Assembly (NCBI GenBank): GCA_033442325.1
Contig: JAWQFM010000022.1
Coordinates: forward strand, 774,746 to 838,745
Reading direction: 5' to 3'
From: Salpingoeca rosetta
Lineage: Eukaryota > Protista > Choanoflagellata
DNA: 64,000 nt
Shown: positions 1 to 13,205 of the stretch, in pieces
Position numbering within the stretch: the first letter of the stretch is position 1
Layout of the letters: each line of letters opens with the position of its first letter
Notes under the pieces: model-generated
Seen by the model: the letters and a program-made list of their open reading frames with translations, nothing else
Told to the model about the DNA's origin: nothing
Database searches by the model: none
Translations under genes and position numbers: made by a program

Positions 1-532
1 CATTCCGAAAAAATCAGAATGTGAGGGTCATGCCACCACGCTGCGCGTGGGGCAAGTTGCCTCAAAAAGCCAGCCATTCATGCACAACGGCAGCCAAGGA
101 GAACCATCGCAGACCATCACACGTGCAACGACAAAGCGTCGCTGACACCGCGCAAGTGGTGCTGGAGGCCATGGCGCTGTGTGATGATGGTCAAACACAA
201 CGAGTCGAAGTACACAAGCAAAGGAGCAGGAAAGGTGCACCGACAACAACAATCGCAGCAAGGTGCGTGCGTGCACGGGCATGGTGGCATGGCGGTGGTT
301 GTGGTTGGAACACGCACTGGAGCCCATCAAATAAAAGACAAAGCAGGTGCGCTACCAAAACAAGACCAGACCACATGCAAGGGCAAGCAAGGGACGCCAC
401 ATCACCAGTGATGCCAACGTTTTCACAGCACCCATCAAAGACATGCAAGAGTGAACCACAAACCACACACAACCACGCACGTCACTCAACAGCCATTGAT
501 CTGGGGTGCAGGGTTGGCCGGCGTGTGCTCAC

Positions 533-1063
533 CTCAATGGGGTCAACGTCGTGTGCGATGACAACGAGGCGGGCCTTGCGCTGCTCGATGAGAGCGGTGA
601 CGTGGTTGAGACCGTACTTGAGGACGACGGGCTTGTCGCCGACGTTGGCGGTGTCCTTGGCGGCCTTCTCCTCGGCGAGCTTGCGCAGACGCTGCTTCTT
701 CTGGGCCTTGTCCTCTGGCTTGTACTTCTGGAGCAGCTTGAAGAGCTGGGTGGCGGTGGCCTTGTCAACCGTCTGGGTGAACTGGTTGATGGAAGGAGGG
801 ACCTTGAGGCGCTTGATGAGCACGCGCTCCTGGCGCTGGAGGCGCACGTACTTGGGCCACTTGACAAAGCGGGTGAGGTCGCGCTTTGGCAGGATGTCCT
901 GGCCGATGCTGAAGTCGCGGGGGCGAGCGGGGAACATCTTGTTCTCGATGGCCTTCTTTGCCTTGAGGGCCTGCTCACGCTTCCTGGCCTTCTCTTCGGC
1001 CGGGTTGACCTTGACCTTGATCTTGCCGCCCTTCTTGGAGCCCTTACCCTTACCCTTGGCCAT
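533..1063 (-). CDS. RPL7A: 60S ribosomal protein L7a (eL8), first exon; gene continues past the window start
   Basis: MAKGKGK...[28 protein letters not shown]...[10 protein letters not shown]...LKYGLNHVT...[12 protein letters not shown], followed by a GTGAG donor at 532. Confidence 0.96.
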
Positions 1064-1517
1064 GGCTGCTGTTGGGGTGCGTGTGTGCGGTGGTGGTGTT
1101 GAGGAGGAAGGTTGGAAGCTGCGCACGCGGATGGTGGAAAAAGGCACGGCCAGCACTCAAGCGCAGTGAAGCTGATATTTTTGTGTGGTGTTTCTCTCCC
1201 AATTTTTTGCTTGTGGGCTCGGTTTCCCTGAGTCAGCACTTTTTCAGCGAGAGGGTTTGTGTGTATGTGTGTGTGTGAGAGTGCGTGAGTATGTGTGTAT
1301 GTGTGTGTGTGAGAGAGAGAGAGTGTGTGTGTGTGTGTGTGTGAGCGAGAATGTGTCTGTGTGTGTCTGTGTGCGTCTGTGAATGTGGCTTGCGGCGCGT
1401 TCTGTCTGTCATCATCACCTGTTGTTCACTTCATCTCACACGCTGCACTTTTTCGCCGTTGGCCATGCAGGATCCATACGCATACACACGCAACACTACA
1501 AGCAACACAGGACCATC

Positions 1518-2268
1518 ATGTTCGGCTACGGTGCACGAGGTGGCAAGGGTCGCTGCTACCAGTTTTGGCAGGATCTCATGACCTGCGTCGAGGTGTGTGT
1601 GTGTGTGTGTAATTGTGTGTGTGCATGTGTGTGTGAATGTGTTTACACGCGTGTGTGTGTGTGTGTGTGTGTGTGTAAATGTATGTGGGTGTGCGTGTTT
1701 GCATTTGTGTGTGAGCGCGTGTGAGTTTGTGTGTGCAAACGTGTGTAATTGTGTTCCTCTGTGTTTGATACTCTCTATTACATGCACACACTCACACTCA
1801 CACACACACACGCATTCGATGTCCACACTACTACCACCACTGACACTGACACATTCGTGGGTTTTCAGAACAACAAATCTGACAAGAAGCAGTGCATCCC
1901 ATTCCGTGAGGATTACATCGAGTGCTTGCACAACAGGAAGGAGGTGAGGCCCACACCAGTTTGTGCGTGTGTGTGTATGGACTGTGTGTGGTAGCACAGT
2001 TGCTTGGTGACTGTTTTATGTGGCACTGTGTCTGCCAAGGCACGCACGCATGCACTCATACACACTCTCACACACATACACATACGCGCACACACACTCG
2101 CACACACATACGCGCACACTTGCACAAATACTCACGCACATGCACACGCCTCAACGCGTGCATCATCAGACGGCGAGGAATAACCGCATTCAGGAAGAGC
2201 TTGAGCGGCAACGGGCGGCCGGCACGCTGCCACCGCGTGTGGAGGAGCTCTTGCAGACGCGCGAATGA
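1518..2268 (+). CDS. NDUFS5: Mitochondrial complex I 15-kDa twin CX9C subunit; exons 1518-1592, 1869-1943, 2170-2268
   Basis: Spliced MFGYGARGGKGRCYQFWQDLMTCVE-NNKSDKKQCIPFREDYIECLHNRKE-TARNNRIQEEL...; twin CX9C and the GRCxxFW / EDYxECLH pattern of fungal/plant NDUFS5; GT-AG introns in phase 0. Confidence 0.85.
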
Positions 2269-2379
2269 ATGAAGTCGCTGCTGCCACACCCTGCTGTCGC
2301 CCTTTTTATGTCCGTGCGTGTCTGATCTTGGGTGTTGTTCTCGATGAGGTGTAGCTTGCTGGTGGATCCATTCGGGCAA

Positions 2380-2412
<33 letters not shown>

Positions 2413-2935
2413 CCTGTGTGTCTGTGTGTCTGTGTGTGTCTGTTGCTGCTTTGACTGGTGTGTAGCTCTGCTCCCACCCTTATGCGGTTGTGTTGTGATT
2501 GAGTTGAATTCCTTGTGTATTTGTGCATGTGTGTGATTGTGTGTCTGTTTGTTGTGTGCACGTGTGTTGTGCGTGCTGTCGTCCCGTTGTATCTGGTGGT
2601 CGTTTATTGAAAGAGAAGCCGTCATGATGCGATGTGATGTGATGTGATGTGTGACATCCTTGCATGCGCTGTCGTGTTGTCGATGTACCGCAACACCCAC
2701 ACACGAGAGAGCAGCGCAGGTGCATGATTGCTGGTGGTGTCGTGTCATCAACGAATGTGCTGTGTTGTTGGCTTGGTGCACGATTTTTTCGCTGACAAAG
2801 CACACAACAACAACAACAACAACAACAACAGCGACAGCGACTTGGTGAACATCACACCACACATCACCGCCATTCTCCACCGTTCCCGCCATTCAAGCAT
2901 AGCAACACTGACACGACAACAAGCAAGGCTGCACC

Positions 2936-4710
2936 ATGGACGACGTTGTTAGGCGGCAGGTGGACGAGATGCTGAGTGCATACCGGCCGTCACAACACTT
3001 TGAGGAGCAGCTGCACAGCGCAGAGGCGTTTATCGATCAACAAGCACAAGATGGCAGGCTTGCACTTGTCACCTCCGGCGGCACAGTGCGTTGTGTCTGT
3101 CTGTCTGTCTGTCTGTCTGTGTCTGTCTGTCTGTGTGTGTGTGTGTGTGTCTGTGTGTCTGTGTGTGTCTGTGTCTGTGTGTGTCTGTGTCTGTCTACCT
3201 GCCTGTCTGTTTACCTGCCGACTTTTGTTTGTTGGCGTGTTGATGACGAGCAACCATAATCCTTGTCACCGACAACCAACCCTTTCACCCTTCTGTCTCT
3301 GTCACACACTCAAACACGCACACTCACACACCCTCACTCGCACTCACATACCGTCACAAACACACTCACTCACTCGCATACGCACGCATGACTTCAGGGT
3401 GTACCGTTGGAGAAGAACATGGTGCGGTTCCTGGACAACTTTTCGCGTGGCAAACGAGGTGCGGCGTCCACGGAGTACTTCCTCGACCGCGGGTATGCCG
3501 TGATCTTCTTCACCCGGAGGGGTTCTCGCAGGCCCTTCTTGCGTGCTCTTCCACGCTCCCCCTTGGACTGGTATTCCATCGACAAGGACGACCCAGCCCA
3601 CGACCCAACACGTCAGCTCTTATGCTGTGTTGTGTTGTGGTATGTTGTGGTGCATTGTGTTGTGGTGTGTTATGTTGTGTCTGTGTCTGGTGTGCATTGA
3701 GGTGGCCTCTGCTTGTGCTGACACCGCCTTGCTCCTTGCGCACAATCAGTGAGACCGGAGTTGGCAGATGCGGTGCACGACGCTATCCGCCGCTACCACG
3801 AGGTGGGCACTGACACCAACACATGCGTAGCACTTGTTCCCTGGACATCACATGGGGGCACGCACATGATGCTCTCAAGAGACACCCTCTCACACACTCA
3901 CCCGCTCACACACTCACACACTCACCAACGCACACACACACACGCACACGCACACACTCACACACACGCACACACACACGCACACTCACACGCTCACCAA
4001 CACACACACACACTCTCTCTCTCTCTCTCATATCCCAGGCGAATGACAGCGGGCGGTTTCTGGAGGTTGAGTTCTTCAGCGTGCACGACTACCTGTATGG
4101 GCTGCGGCGCCTGGCAGGGCGACTGCGGCCACTGGGCCCGCGCGCGTGTCTATATCTGGCGGCAGCAGTCTCTGACTTCTACATCGCGGACAGCCAGCTG
4201 GCAGAGCACAAGATCCAGTCCAGGGACGGCAACCTGTCCCTGCACATGGAGCAGGTGCCCAAGCTGCTGCACATGGTGAAGCCGCAGCTGTGCCCGGAGT
4301 GCTACGTGGTCACGTTCAAGCTGGAGACCGACGAAGCGTTGCTTGCACAGAAGGCGAGGGCTGCGCTGGCGGCATACGGGCACGAGATGGTTGTGGCCAA
4401 CATGCTGCACCGGCGACACAGGGAGGTGCTGGTGTTCACGCGCGGCAGCGATGTTGGCGTGGAGATCAAGCTTCGTGGTGATGCTGATGATGACGATGGC
4501 GATGGTGGTGGTGATGATGATGGGAAGCAAGGATCGGCGACAAAGGGCTCAAATCATGGCACCAGCAGCAGCACCGGCAGCGGTAGCAAAAGCAAAGGCG
4601 ATGGTGCGACGACAACTGCTGTAACCAATCCCAGTACTGCAGACCTGGAAGCGCTGATTGTGGATCACATTGCCATGCTGCATAAGCAGGCCATCACACA
4701 GCGCCAGTGA
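2936..4710 (+). CDS. PPCS: Phosphopantothenate--cysteine ligase; exons about 2936-3085, 3398-3611, 3750-3802, 4039-4710
   Basis: [68 protein letters not shown]. Confidence 0.93.
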
Positions 4711-4960
4711 TGCACGCGACAGCCGCCTCTTGCCCTCTGTTGATTCCCTCTTGCTTGTTGCTTGCTGGCATTTACTTGCTGTTGCCCTCTCCTGTTGTTG
4801 CTTGCGTGCGACGAACGACACGACACTGCCTCTGCTGCCTCTGCTTGGACTGTCCATTGTGAGAGACTGTGAGCATGTCACCCACCCCTTATGCCTGTGT
4901 TACCTCACATTGCATCGTCTCTTCCGTCACGTGACATGAACCATCTGTGTGTGTGTGTGA

Positions 4961-4994
<34 letters not shown>

Positions 4995-5097
4995 TCGCGT
5001 CAAGTGAAAGCGCACATCCCACACCACAACACAAAGTTGTTTCATTTCCCGCACAACAAAACACACCCACAACAACAACACACACCACAAACCAGCC

Positions 5098-5559
5098 ATG
5101 TGGCGAGATGCGGTGCTTGTCCTGGTGGCGGTGAAGGTGCTGCTGCTACCGCAGGTGGACACGCTGGCACTGGTGTGTGGCATGCTGGCCTTCTACATGC
5201 TTGTGCACATGTACATGTCCAAGGCGACGCTGCTGTCGCTGCCCACATTTGCCGCCGCCACCGTGGTTGCAATCGCCACCGCCACATACATGCACAGCAC
5301 AGACCAGCTCACCGCGTGTTGGGGGTATGGCCTGTTTGCGGCCGTGGTCGTCGCCTTCCGCTTCGATACACACAGGCACTGGCGCAAGTTCCACAACACG
5401 CGCCGAAAGCTGATGGTCAGCACTTGGCGCTCGACAGCAGAGGTACGCCACCTGTACACGTGCCTGTCTGTGCGTCCGTGTGTCTGTGTCTGTGTGTGTG
5501 TGTGTCTGTGTATGTGTGTGTGTGTCTGTGTGTGTGTGTGCGTCTGTGTGTCTGTGTGC

Positions 5560-5605
<46 letters not shown>

Positions 5606-6478
5606 CTGTGCGTCTGTCTGTCTGTCTGTGTCGTCAACTTCTGTCAGCCGTTGTCTCTCAGTCTCTCTCCCTCCTTCGTGTTCTCACCGCACCCCACTGA
5701 CGCCTAACTGCCTTCTTGCCGCCACTACGTCCTGCAGGGCTCCATCTATGGGTTTACGGAAGTCGATGCGACACGGCTGATGCCCTTCCTGAAGGAGCAG
5801 TCTGACAAGTCTGGCACAAAGATCACCATCACCCACGCCGTGATCAAGGCCATTGGCCTGGTCCTCAAGAAGACGCCGGAAGTGAACGGCCGCCTTGTCT
5901 TTGGCCGCTACTACCCGGCAGACACCGCAGACGTCAGCTGCCTCGTTGCCATGCAGGGCAAGGAAGGCTTTGACCTCGGCCTCACCAAAGTGCCCGACGC
6001 AGACCTCAAGCCGCTGCCAGATGTCGCAAAGTGCCTGCGCCGCAACGCAGGCTCGCTGCGCGGTGGCAAGGACCACTATCACGAGGCCCGCAAGCCGCTC
6101 CTGTCGTGGGTGCCGGCCTTCCTGCTGGAGCCCCTCGTCGTCATCACGGGGTGGCTGGCCGCGCTCGGCATCACCATCCGCTCCATCGGTGTGCAGGGCC
6201 ACCCTTTTGGCACCGCCATCATCACCTCCGTGGGCATGCTTGGCCTCGACATGTGCTTTGTGCCGCACCCGCCCTTTGCGCGCGTGCCGCTGCTGGCCAT
6301 GGTGGGCAAGCTGCAGGACAAGCCGTGCATCGACAAGGCCACTGGCGGCGTGGTGAGCAGGCCCTTCATCCCCGTCACCTTCACTGTGGACCACCGCTTC
6401 CTGGACGGGCAGCAGGGCGCCGTCATGGCCGAGCACTTCAAGCAGATTCTCGAGGACCCGCAGACGCACATGGCCTGA
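5098..6478 (+). CDS. 2-oxoacid dehydrogenase E2/CAT-like acyltransferase catalytic domain with hydrophobic N-terminus and no lipoyl domain (361 aa); exons 5098-5442, 5738-6478
   Basis: RRKLMVSTW|[37 protein letters not shown] and the catalytic DHRFLDG motif; phase-0 GT-AG intron. Confidence 0.85.
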
Positions 6479-6577
6479 AGCGCACCCGGCGTGCGTCTTA
6501 GGACGTGTGTATGTGTGTGTGCATATGTAGGATTTGTGTGTGTGTGTGTGTTGGTTACAAACAAAGGCCTGATGGGG

Positions 6578-6626
<49 letters not shown>

Positions 6627-6767
6627 TTTGCTTGTCTTTGCCCGATCCCCGCACGTCGTTATTGGTGTTGTCGGTCCTCTTTTCTTTGGGCTCCTGTACA
6701 TGTGCGCGCGTGCCTGGTCGTTAGTGTTTACTTCGCTTGAGTTGTTGTCTGATTCAATACAAGAACA

Positions 6768-6807
<40 letters not shown>

Positions 6808-6808
6808 G

Positions 6809-6857
<49 letters not shown>
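6768..6857. repeat. (CAT/TGA)n trinucleotide microsatellite beginning at the FZR1 stop codon
   Basis: About 30 CAT units with one interruption. Confidence 0.95.
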
Positions 6858-6858
<1 letters not shown>

Positions 6859-8721
6859 TGATCTGCGCCATGACTGAGAGTGGCGAGCGCGTGTCCTTCC
6901 CTGCTGTCCCTTTGCTGAACACATGCCAGAACCGCAGCGTCTCGTCCCCCGCACCCGTAACGATCGTCTGGTTGTCTGGCGACAGTGCCTGGCAGTGGTT
7001 GTGTTGGGTTGTGTTGGGTTGTGTGAAGTAAGAGCACCTCAGGCAAGAAGCTGCAGATCATGCACACACACTTTCTCCGAGCCTTGCCAAGCACGCTCCA
7101 CGTTTCTCCTCCTCTTCCACTGTCTTCCTCCCCGTTGCCGTGCGTACCAGGTAGAGGACGCGCTGCGTGTGTCCAACGAGAACGCCAAGACGCGTCATGG
7201 AGGGGTACTTCCACACGATAATCTGGTTCTGCGAGTAGCCATGCGTACTCACAAGCTCATTGGACGTGCGTGACCACGCAATGTTGCACACCTGCGAAGA
7301 AGAGAACGAAACCGAGAGGAGGAGAGGTGAACGCACAACGTTGGAACGATGTGGAGATGATGGAACGATGGCGACCCACAAATGTGCAGACAGGCAGACA
7401 GGCAGGCGGACAGGCAGGCGGACAGGCAGGCGGACAGGCAGGCGGACAGGCAGGCGGACAGGCAGGCGGACAGGCAGGCGGACAGGCAGACGGACAGGCA
7501 GGCGGACAGGCAGACGGACACGCACACACACACACACACGCACACACACGCACACACACACACACATACACACACACACACATACACACACACACATTCA
7601 CAAACACACATTCACAAGAACACACACAGGAACACACAATACACACAATACAACCAAACAGTTCCCACACCTGTGACTCCGTCTGCACAGTCTGCAGCGG
7701 CTGCCCCGTGAGCGTGTTCCAGAAGCGGATGGTCTGATCAGCGGTGCCGCCACCAGAGGCGAGGAGACCGTGCTGGTGTGGCGACCACGCAACAGCCTTC
7801 ACCGCAGCCTTGTGCTGTGTGAACCGGTGTGCTACGCCTAGCGCGCGCACGTCCCACACCAGCAGCTTGTTGTCGTTACCGCCGCTTGCCAGCGTTGATT
7901 CCTCTGGTGACCACTGCAGCCCGCACACTTCCTGCCGGTGCCCCACGAGCGACGGTGTTGCTGCCTCTGGTTGCCGTCGGTCGTACAGGCGAATGGCTCG
8001 GTCTCTGCTCCCAGCGGCGAGTGTGCTGCTGGACCACGCGAGCGAACCCACCCTGCTGTGCGTGTGCTCGTACTGCGCAACAACTTCCGACCGCGCCACG
8101 TCCCATATCTGCAGCAGGCCCTCTGCGGTGCCCACGGCGAGGTGTGCGCCGTTCTTCGACCAGCTCACCGACGTGACGGTGTTGCGTGGGCGACTCATCG
8201 CCTCTGCCACGTCGCACAGCCGCGTGACCTGGCTTGTCAGCGCGCTCCACAGATACACGTTTGAGTCAAGCCCAACAGCAACCGTGTTGGTGGCCGACCA
8301 GTCGAGCAGGTTGAGGTAGAAGTCGTCAACCAGGTCTGGGGCATCGAGCACCTTGAACGGCGTCTTGGGGATGGGCCGCTGGGCGCGGCGCGGCGACGAC
8401 AGTAACCGCCGGCTCGACCTGCCCACTGGACTGAGCGAGTAGGCATCATCCTTTGGGTGTGTGTGTGGTGATGGCGCACTGAACGACAGCACGCGCTTGC
8501 TGCTGCTGCGTGGCGGCGACAGTGGCGCTGGCTGTGGCGATCGGCTGCTCTGTGTGTTGCTGGCGGCCGGGTCAGGCATCCGGCGGATATCTGCCCCGAG
8601 CAACTCGTTCTGGACCAACAGGCCCCTCAGGCCGCCGCTTCCCCCTGTCTCAGGCGACGCATCCTGTCTCTGCTGTTGTGCTGTTGGTGTTAGAAGGGGG
8701 AGTGTGTGAGTGTGTGTGAGT

Positions 8722-8796
<75 letters not shown>

Positions 8797-9392
8797 CGTG
8801 TGTGTGTGTGTGCGTGCGCGCGTGTGTGCGCGTGCGCATGAGGAAGTGAGCGAGTGAGTATTTGTACATGGGTGTGGTTATGTGAGAGTGTGCCCATGTT
8901 GCTTTGTCTCACCTGCTCGTCGAGGGGAGCCGGATGGAGAGTGGAGCAGCGGGCGTTCTGCATTGCGGGCAACCGAGCTCGGGTGTGGAATAAACCTGGT
9001 TGGAGCAACACATGTGCGTGTGTGAGAACCAAACCACACTAAAACTAAAACGACGCAGAGCATGAGGAGTGCCGCACACGATGCAAGACACACACACACA
9101 CACCTGTCGCCTTCGCGAACGCCACTCTTGCGCGGGGATCCGTGTCTACTTGACCGCCCTCCACGATGTCGTTGTGGCTACAAACATGGACGACAAACGA
9201 GGTGAGCTGGAGACAGCGAGACAGAGAGACAGAGAGACAGAGAGACAGAGAGAGAAAGGGACGGAGAGACAGAGCAAAACCAACACACACGCGCACATAT
9301 ACACACATACACAACCACACAACACACGCACGCACCGAGGAGGTGGGGGATGCTCGTGTCGAGCCAAGCCGTTGTGCAAACTCGCGATCCAT
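6854..9392 (-). CDS. FZR1: Fizzy-related/Cdh1 APC/C co-activator; exons 9336-9392, 9104-9177, 8913-8995, 7671-8680, 7148-7291, 6854-6988
   Basis: MDREFAQRL start, C-box-like DRFIP across a splice junction, IPKTPFKVLDAPDLVDDFYLNLLDWS, WD40 repeats (GHRQEVCGLQWS, LASGGGTAD, ELVSTHGYSQNQ), GAGDETLRFW and C-terminal IR tail. Confidence 0.94.
7395..7520. repeat. 12-bp minisatellite (GGCAGGCGGACA)n in an FZR1 intron
   Basis: Direct tandem repeats visible in sequence. Confidence 0.9.
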
Positions 9393-9676
9393 GGCGGCCG
9401 ATGGGTGTCCTGTTTGTTGTGTGAAATTGGTTGGTGTGTGAAATTTTGTGTGCTGTCACGGCTCCACTTGTTGCTGTCGCTTTGTTGCTGTTGTTGCTGT
9501 TGTGATCATTCCAAGCTCTCTCTCCCTCTGTCTCTCTCTGTCTCTCTCTGTCTCTCTGCTGTCTCTCTGTCTCTCTCTCTCTCTCCCTCGCCGCTATCGA
9601 GAAACGGACACCCTCCTCACAACCGCGTTTGAGACCTGCAAGGCAAGGCAAGGCAAGGCAAAGCAACGGACGGACC

Positions 9677-10649
9677 ATGTTTCGGCGCTCCCACGGCAGC
9701 GGCCACGACAAGGCGCTCAACCAACTGTTTGACAAATACAAGGTGCGCCCCACTGACACTGGTAACATTTTATAGAAGGGGTGAGCTGAGTTGCGCGAAT
9801 GAGTGGGTGGGTGCGCGAATGAGTGGGTGGGTGTGAGTGGGTTGAACGAGTGAGAGAGAGAGATGCTGTGGGACAACGTGTGGAAAGCAACAAAGCCATA
9901 AACACGCGCACACACACATGCACATGCACACACATTCACACACACGCATACACGCATACACATTCACACACAAACACGCGCGCGCTTGAGGGATGCACTG
10001 GACAGTGCGGTTGTGCCACTTCTCCCTCAACCACCTTTACGCCGCACACACGCTCATGTGACTGACGTGCCCTTGCCACCCCCACCATGTACATGTTTCA
10101 CAGGAGGAAAGAAAGGATGTGATTGGCATTGCAGGGACAGAGCAGCTGTGCGCAGACCTGGAGGTGGACCCGTCCGATGTTCGGGTGCTGGCGTTTGCGT
10201 GGCGGCTGGGCGCGTCCAAGATGTGCCACTTCACACGGGACCAGTGGGCAGCGCTGCGGGACTTTGGTGTCAAGTCCGTGGCGGACATGAAGCGTGCACT
10301 GCCAAAGATCATGGACGAGGCCATTGCAGACTTCAAGAGCTACTACGAGTTCACATACACTTTTGGCTTGGACGTGGACAGAGGAGAGCGCACGCTGCCT
10401 GCGGAAACCGCCATCGCACTGTGGCGGCTCGTGTTCTCCGACCCGCGCAAGCAGTCTGTGCACTTGGACAGCTGGCTGGCCTTCCTCGAAGAGAAGAAGG
10501 TCAAGGGCATTTCAAAGGACACGTGGGACCTGTATCTTGTGTTCACGGAGACGATCGACAAGGACTGCACCAACTATGATGCCATGGAGGCGTGGCCAAG
10601 CCTCCTCGACGAATATGTCGAGCACTTGAAGGGCGGCGAGTCGCAGTAG
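9677..10649 (+). CDS. DCN1-like cullin neddylation E3 (PONY domain, most like DCNL3); exons 9677-9742, 10104-10649
   Basis: LFDKYK|EERKDVIGIAGTEQLCADLEVDP, VLAFAW..ASKMCHFTR, FGLD..GERTL, ISKDTW, EAWPSLLDEYVE (DAD patch residues present). Confidence 0.92.
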
Positions 10650-10752
10650 TCGCCAGTGTTGTGTGTGTCTGTGTGTGTCTGTGTATCTGTGTGCGTGGGT
10701 GTGTGTGTGTGTGTCTGTGTGTGTCTGTCTATCTATGTGTCTGTGCGTGTGT

Positions 10753-10938
<186 letters not shown>

Positions 10939-11568
10939 TCTGTTGTTGTTTTGCTGGGATGTTTTGTTCGTTGGTTGGATCACGTCATCGTCACATTCGC
11001 TGCGTGCAAGCGTGTGCGCGCGTGATATCAGTGGGTGCATTCTGTCCACGTCCATGAAACAAGCACACCACAACGGCCATCAGTGCTCGGTTTCATTCCG
11101 TTTATCGCACCACGCTGTCTGAGCAATCAAAACCCATCATCATCGTCATCAACACAACTATCAACAACACCCCCGCAAGCAAGAAGAGCGGGCACTATCC
11201 ACAAGTGAAGCAAGCAAACAACAAGGCAACAAGGCAAGAAGGAAGAGGCAGCCACAACCAAGCACGAAAGGGCAATTGGCCACGCAGTCAGCGTACGCGT
11301 GCGCGTGCATGTGCGTGTATGTGGTGCTGTGCTAATCAACACAAACATCCCTTCATCATCATTCATGTCACAAAGGAAAGGAGGGAAGCGCGAGACAAGC
11401 AAGAGATAGGCAAGAGGGGACAAAAGGAAGACCAGAGCGAACAAAACATCTCAGCACAATGCGTGATGCGCACACATGTGTATGTGTTGTACACGGTTGC
11501 GTGCGCGCGTTTGTTCACGTGTGACATGGACATGATGTGGAGGGGAGAAACACAAGGTGGGGTGTTGA

Positions 11569-13205
11569 TTACAATCGCTTAAGCGCCTTCTTCTTCTTGT
11601 CCGCCTTCTTCTTCGGCTTCTTCTTCGCGTCGCCAGGGCCCTGCAGTCAAAACAAAGCAAAGGAATGCGGAAAGGTATCATGTGGTGAGTCAGATGGTTC
11701 AGGGCTGGAAATGGTTGAGGCATTGTTCACACCAAGGTGCAGACACAGATACACAAGCGCTGCCTTTTGCTTCTCTCGCTGTCTGTGCCTCTGCCTTTGC
11801 ACCTCGCACACACACACACACATTCACACACACACACACACACATTCATGCACACACTCACACACACACACATTCACACACATTCACACACTCACACACA
11901 CTCACGGATGCGGAGGAAGATGAAGACGATGAAGACGCGGCTGGTTGGTCTGCTGCATCCTTTGCTGTTGGCTTGGCGTAGATCTGTGTCATCATCTTGG
12001 CTCGCTTGGCAAAGCCCTCGTAGCTGTAACACGTGCACGAGATGAGCGGGCGCAGAGAGGAGCGGTGAGATCCATCACGTGAAGACAGAATTCATCAGCA
12101 TGCAGTGTGAAACAAGGGAGAGTTTGGAACACGCGAGCACGCTCACACACACTCACACTCACACTCACTCACACTCACACTCACACACACTCACACACGT
12201 ACTCACACGCGCGTACTCACACTCACACACATACTCACACACACTCACTCGCTCTCTCTCTCACTCATTCACCCATTCACACACTAACTCTCCCCCCCCC
12301 CCACACACACACACACATAGCCAGCGCGCAAAGCAGCTTACTCCTCCAGTAGCAGCTTGCCGGCGTCCTCGTTGAGGGCAGATGCAGGGTTGGGGTGAAT
12401 CAGGAGACACTTGATGATGGTGAGCACGTGCTCCAGTGTGTTGTCTGGTGTCCAGTCTCGCTTCAGTGTGTTGACGCAGATATCGCCAGCTTCCGCAACG
12501 TTGGGGTGGAAAATCTTGGTGAGGAAATGGCCCTTTGGGGGCGACTGCGGAAAGTCAGATGGCAGCGACAAGCGCACCCTGAACACGCCCCCCTCATACG
12601 GTGTGGAGTCTTCAGACAGAAAACAAACAAGGGGAAGGGAGACGGGGAATCCGACAGGCGTAAGGCCGAGGATGCACACAAACACACGCGGTGTGAGCAA
12701 GGTTGTGTGACATGTTTCACAACACGCCCAGCGTTACGTCAAACTCATGTGAGCCTTGCACACGCTTAACAACACGCGCACAAATACGAACGCAGAACAA
12801 CCTGCACCTCAAACCTCACACCTCAAGCCTGACACCACGCACACGCACACGCACACGCACAAAATGTGTTCAGCGCACCTGGGCCGTAGATGGTTGCTTG
12901 GATGTCTGTGATGTTTGCCTCGTCAATGTGCACTTTGATGCCCTCCGGTGGGTTCTTGGTGAGCTTCACAACCTCCTTTGTTACCCTCCTCAGCACCACT
13001 GGGGAGATGTTCTCGTTCTGTACGTAGCTGGAACTCTGTTTTCCCAAACAGCAGCATAGCGATTGGGGCGTGTGAGCTCCCAAAACTAACGCAGCAAGCA
13101 CACATGCTGTGTGCATCAAGTTATCACACACTCCGTTACTCTCCATCACTCTCCACAGATATTGCTATCCTACACATGTCTCGTTGAACGTACCACGGTC
13201 GACAT
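11569..13205 (-). CDS. UBE2S: Ubiquitin-conjugating enzyme E2 S; exons about 13194-13205, 12879-13017, 12343-12613, 11906-12024, 11569-11641
   Basis: MSTV|[16 protein letters not shown]...[63 protein letters not shown], and basic C-terminal KKKKALKRL (UBE2S APC/C-binding tail). Confidence 0.94.

Noticed and set aside
1-532. Intronic C/D snoRNA in RPL7A (vertebrate RPL7A hosts snoRNAs); CTGA near position 14 on the minus strand
   Set aside because: No RTGATGA C box or terminal stem found on the sense strand
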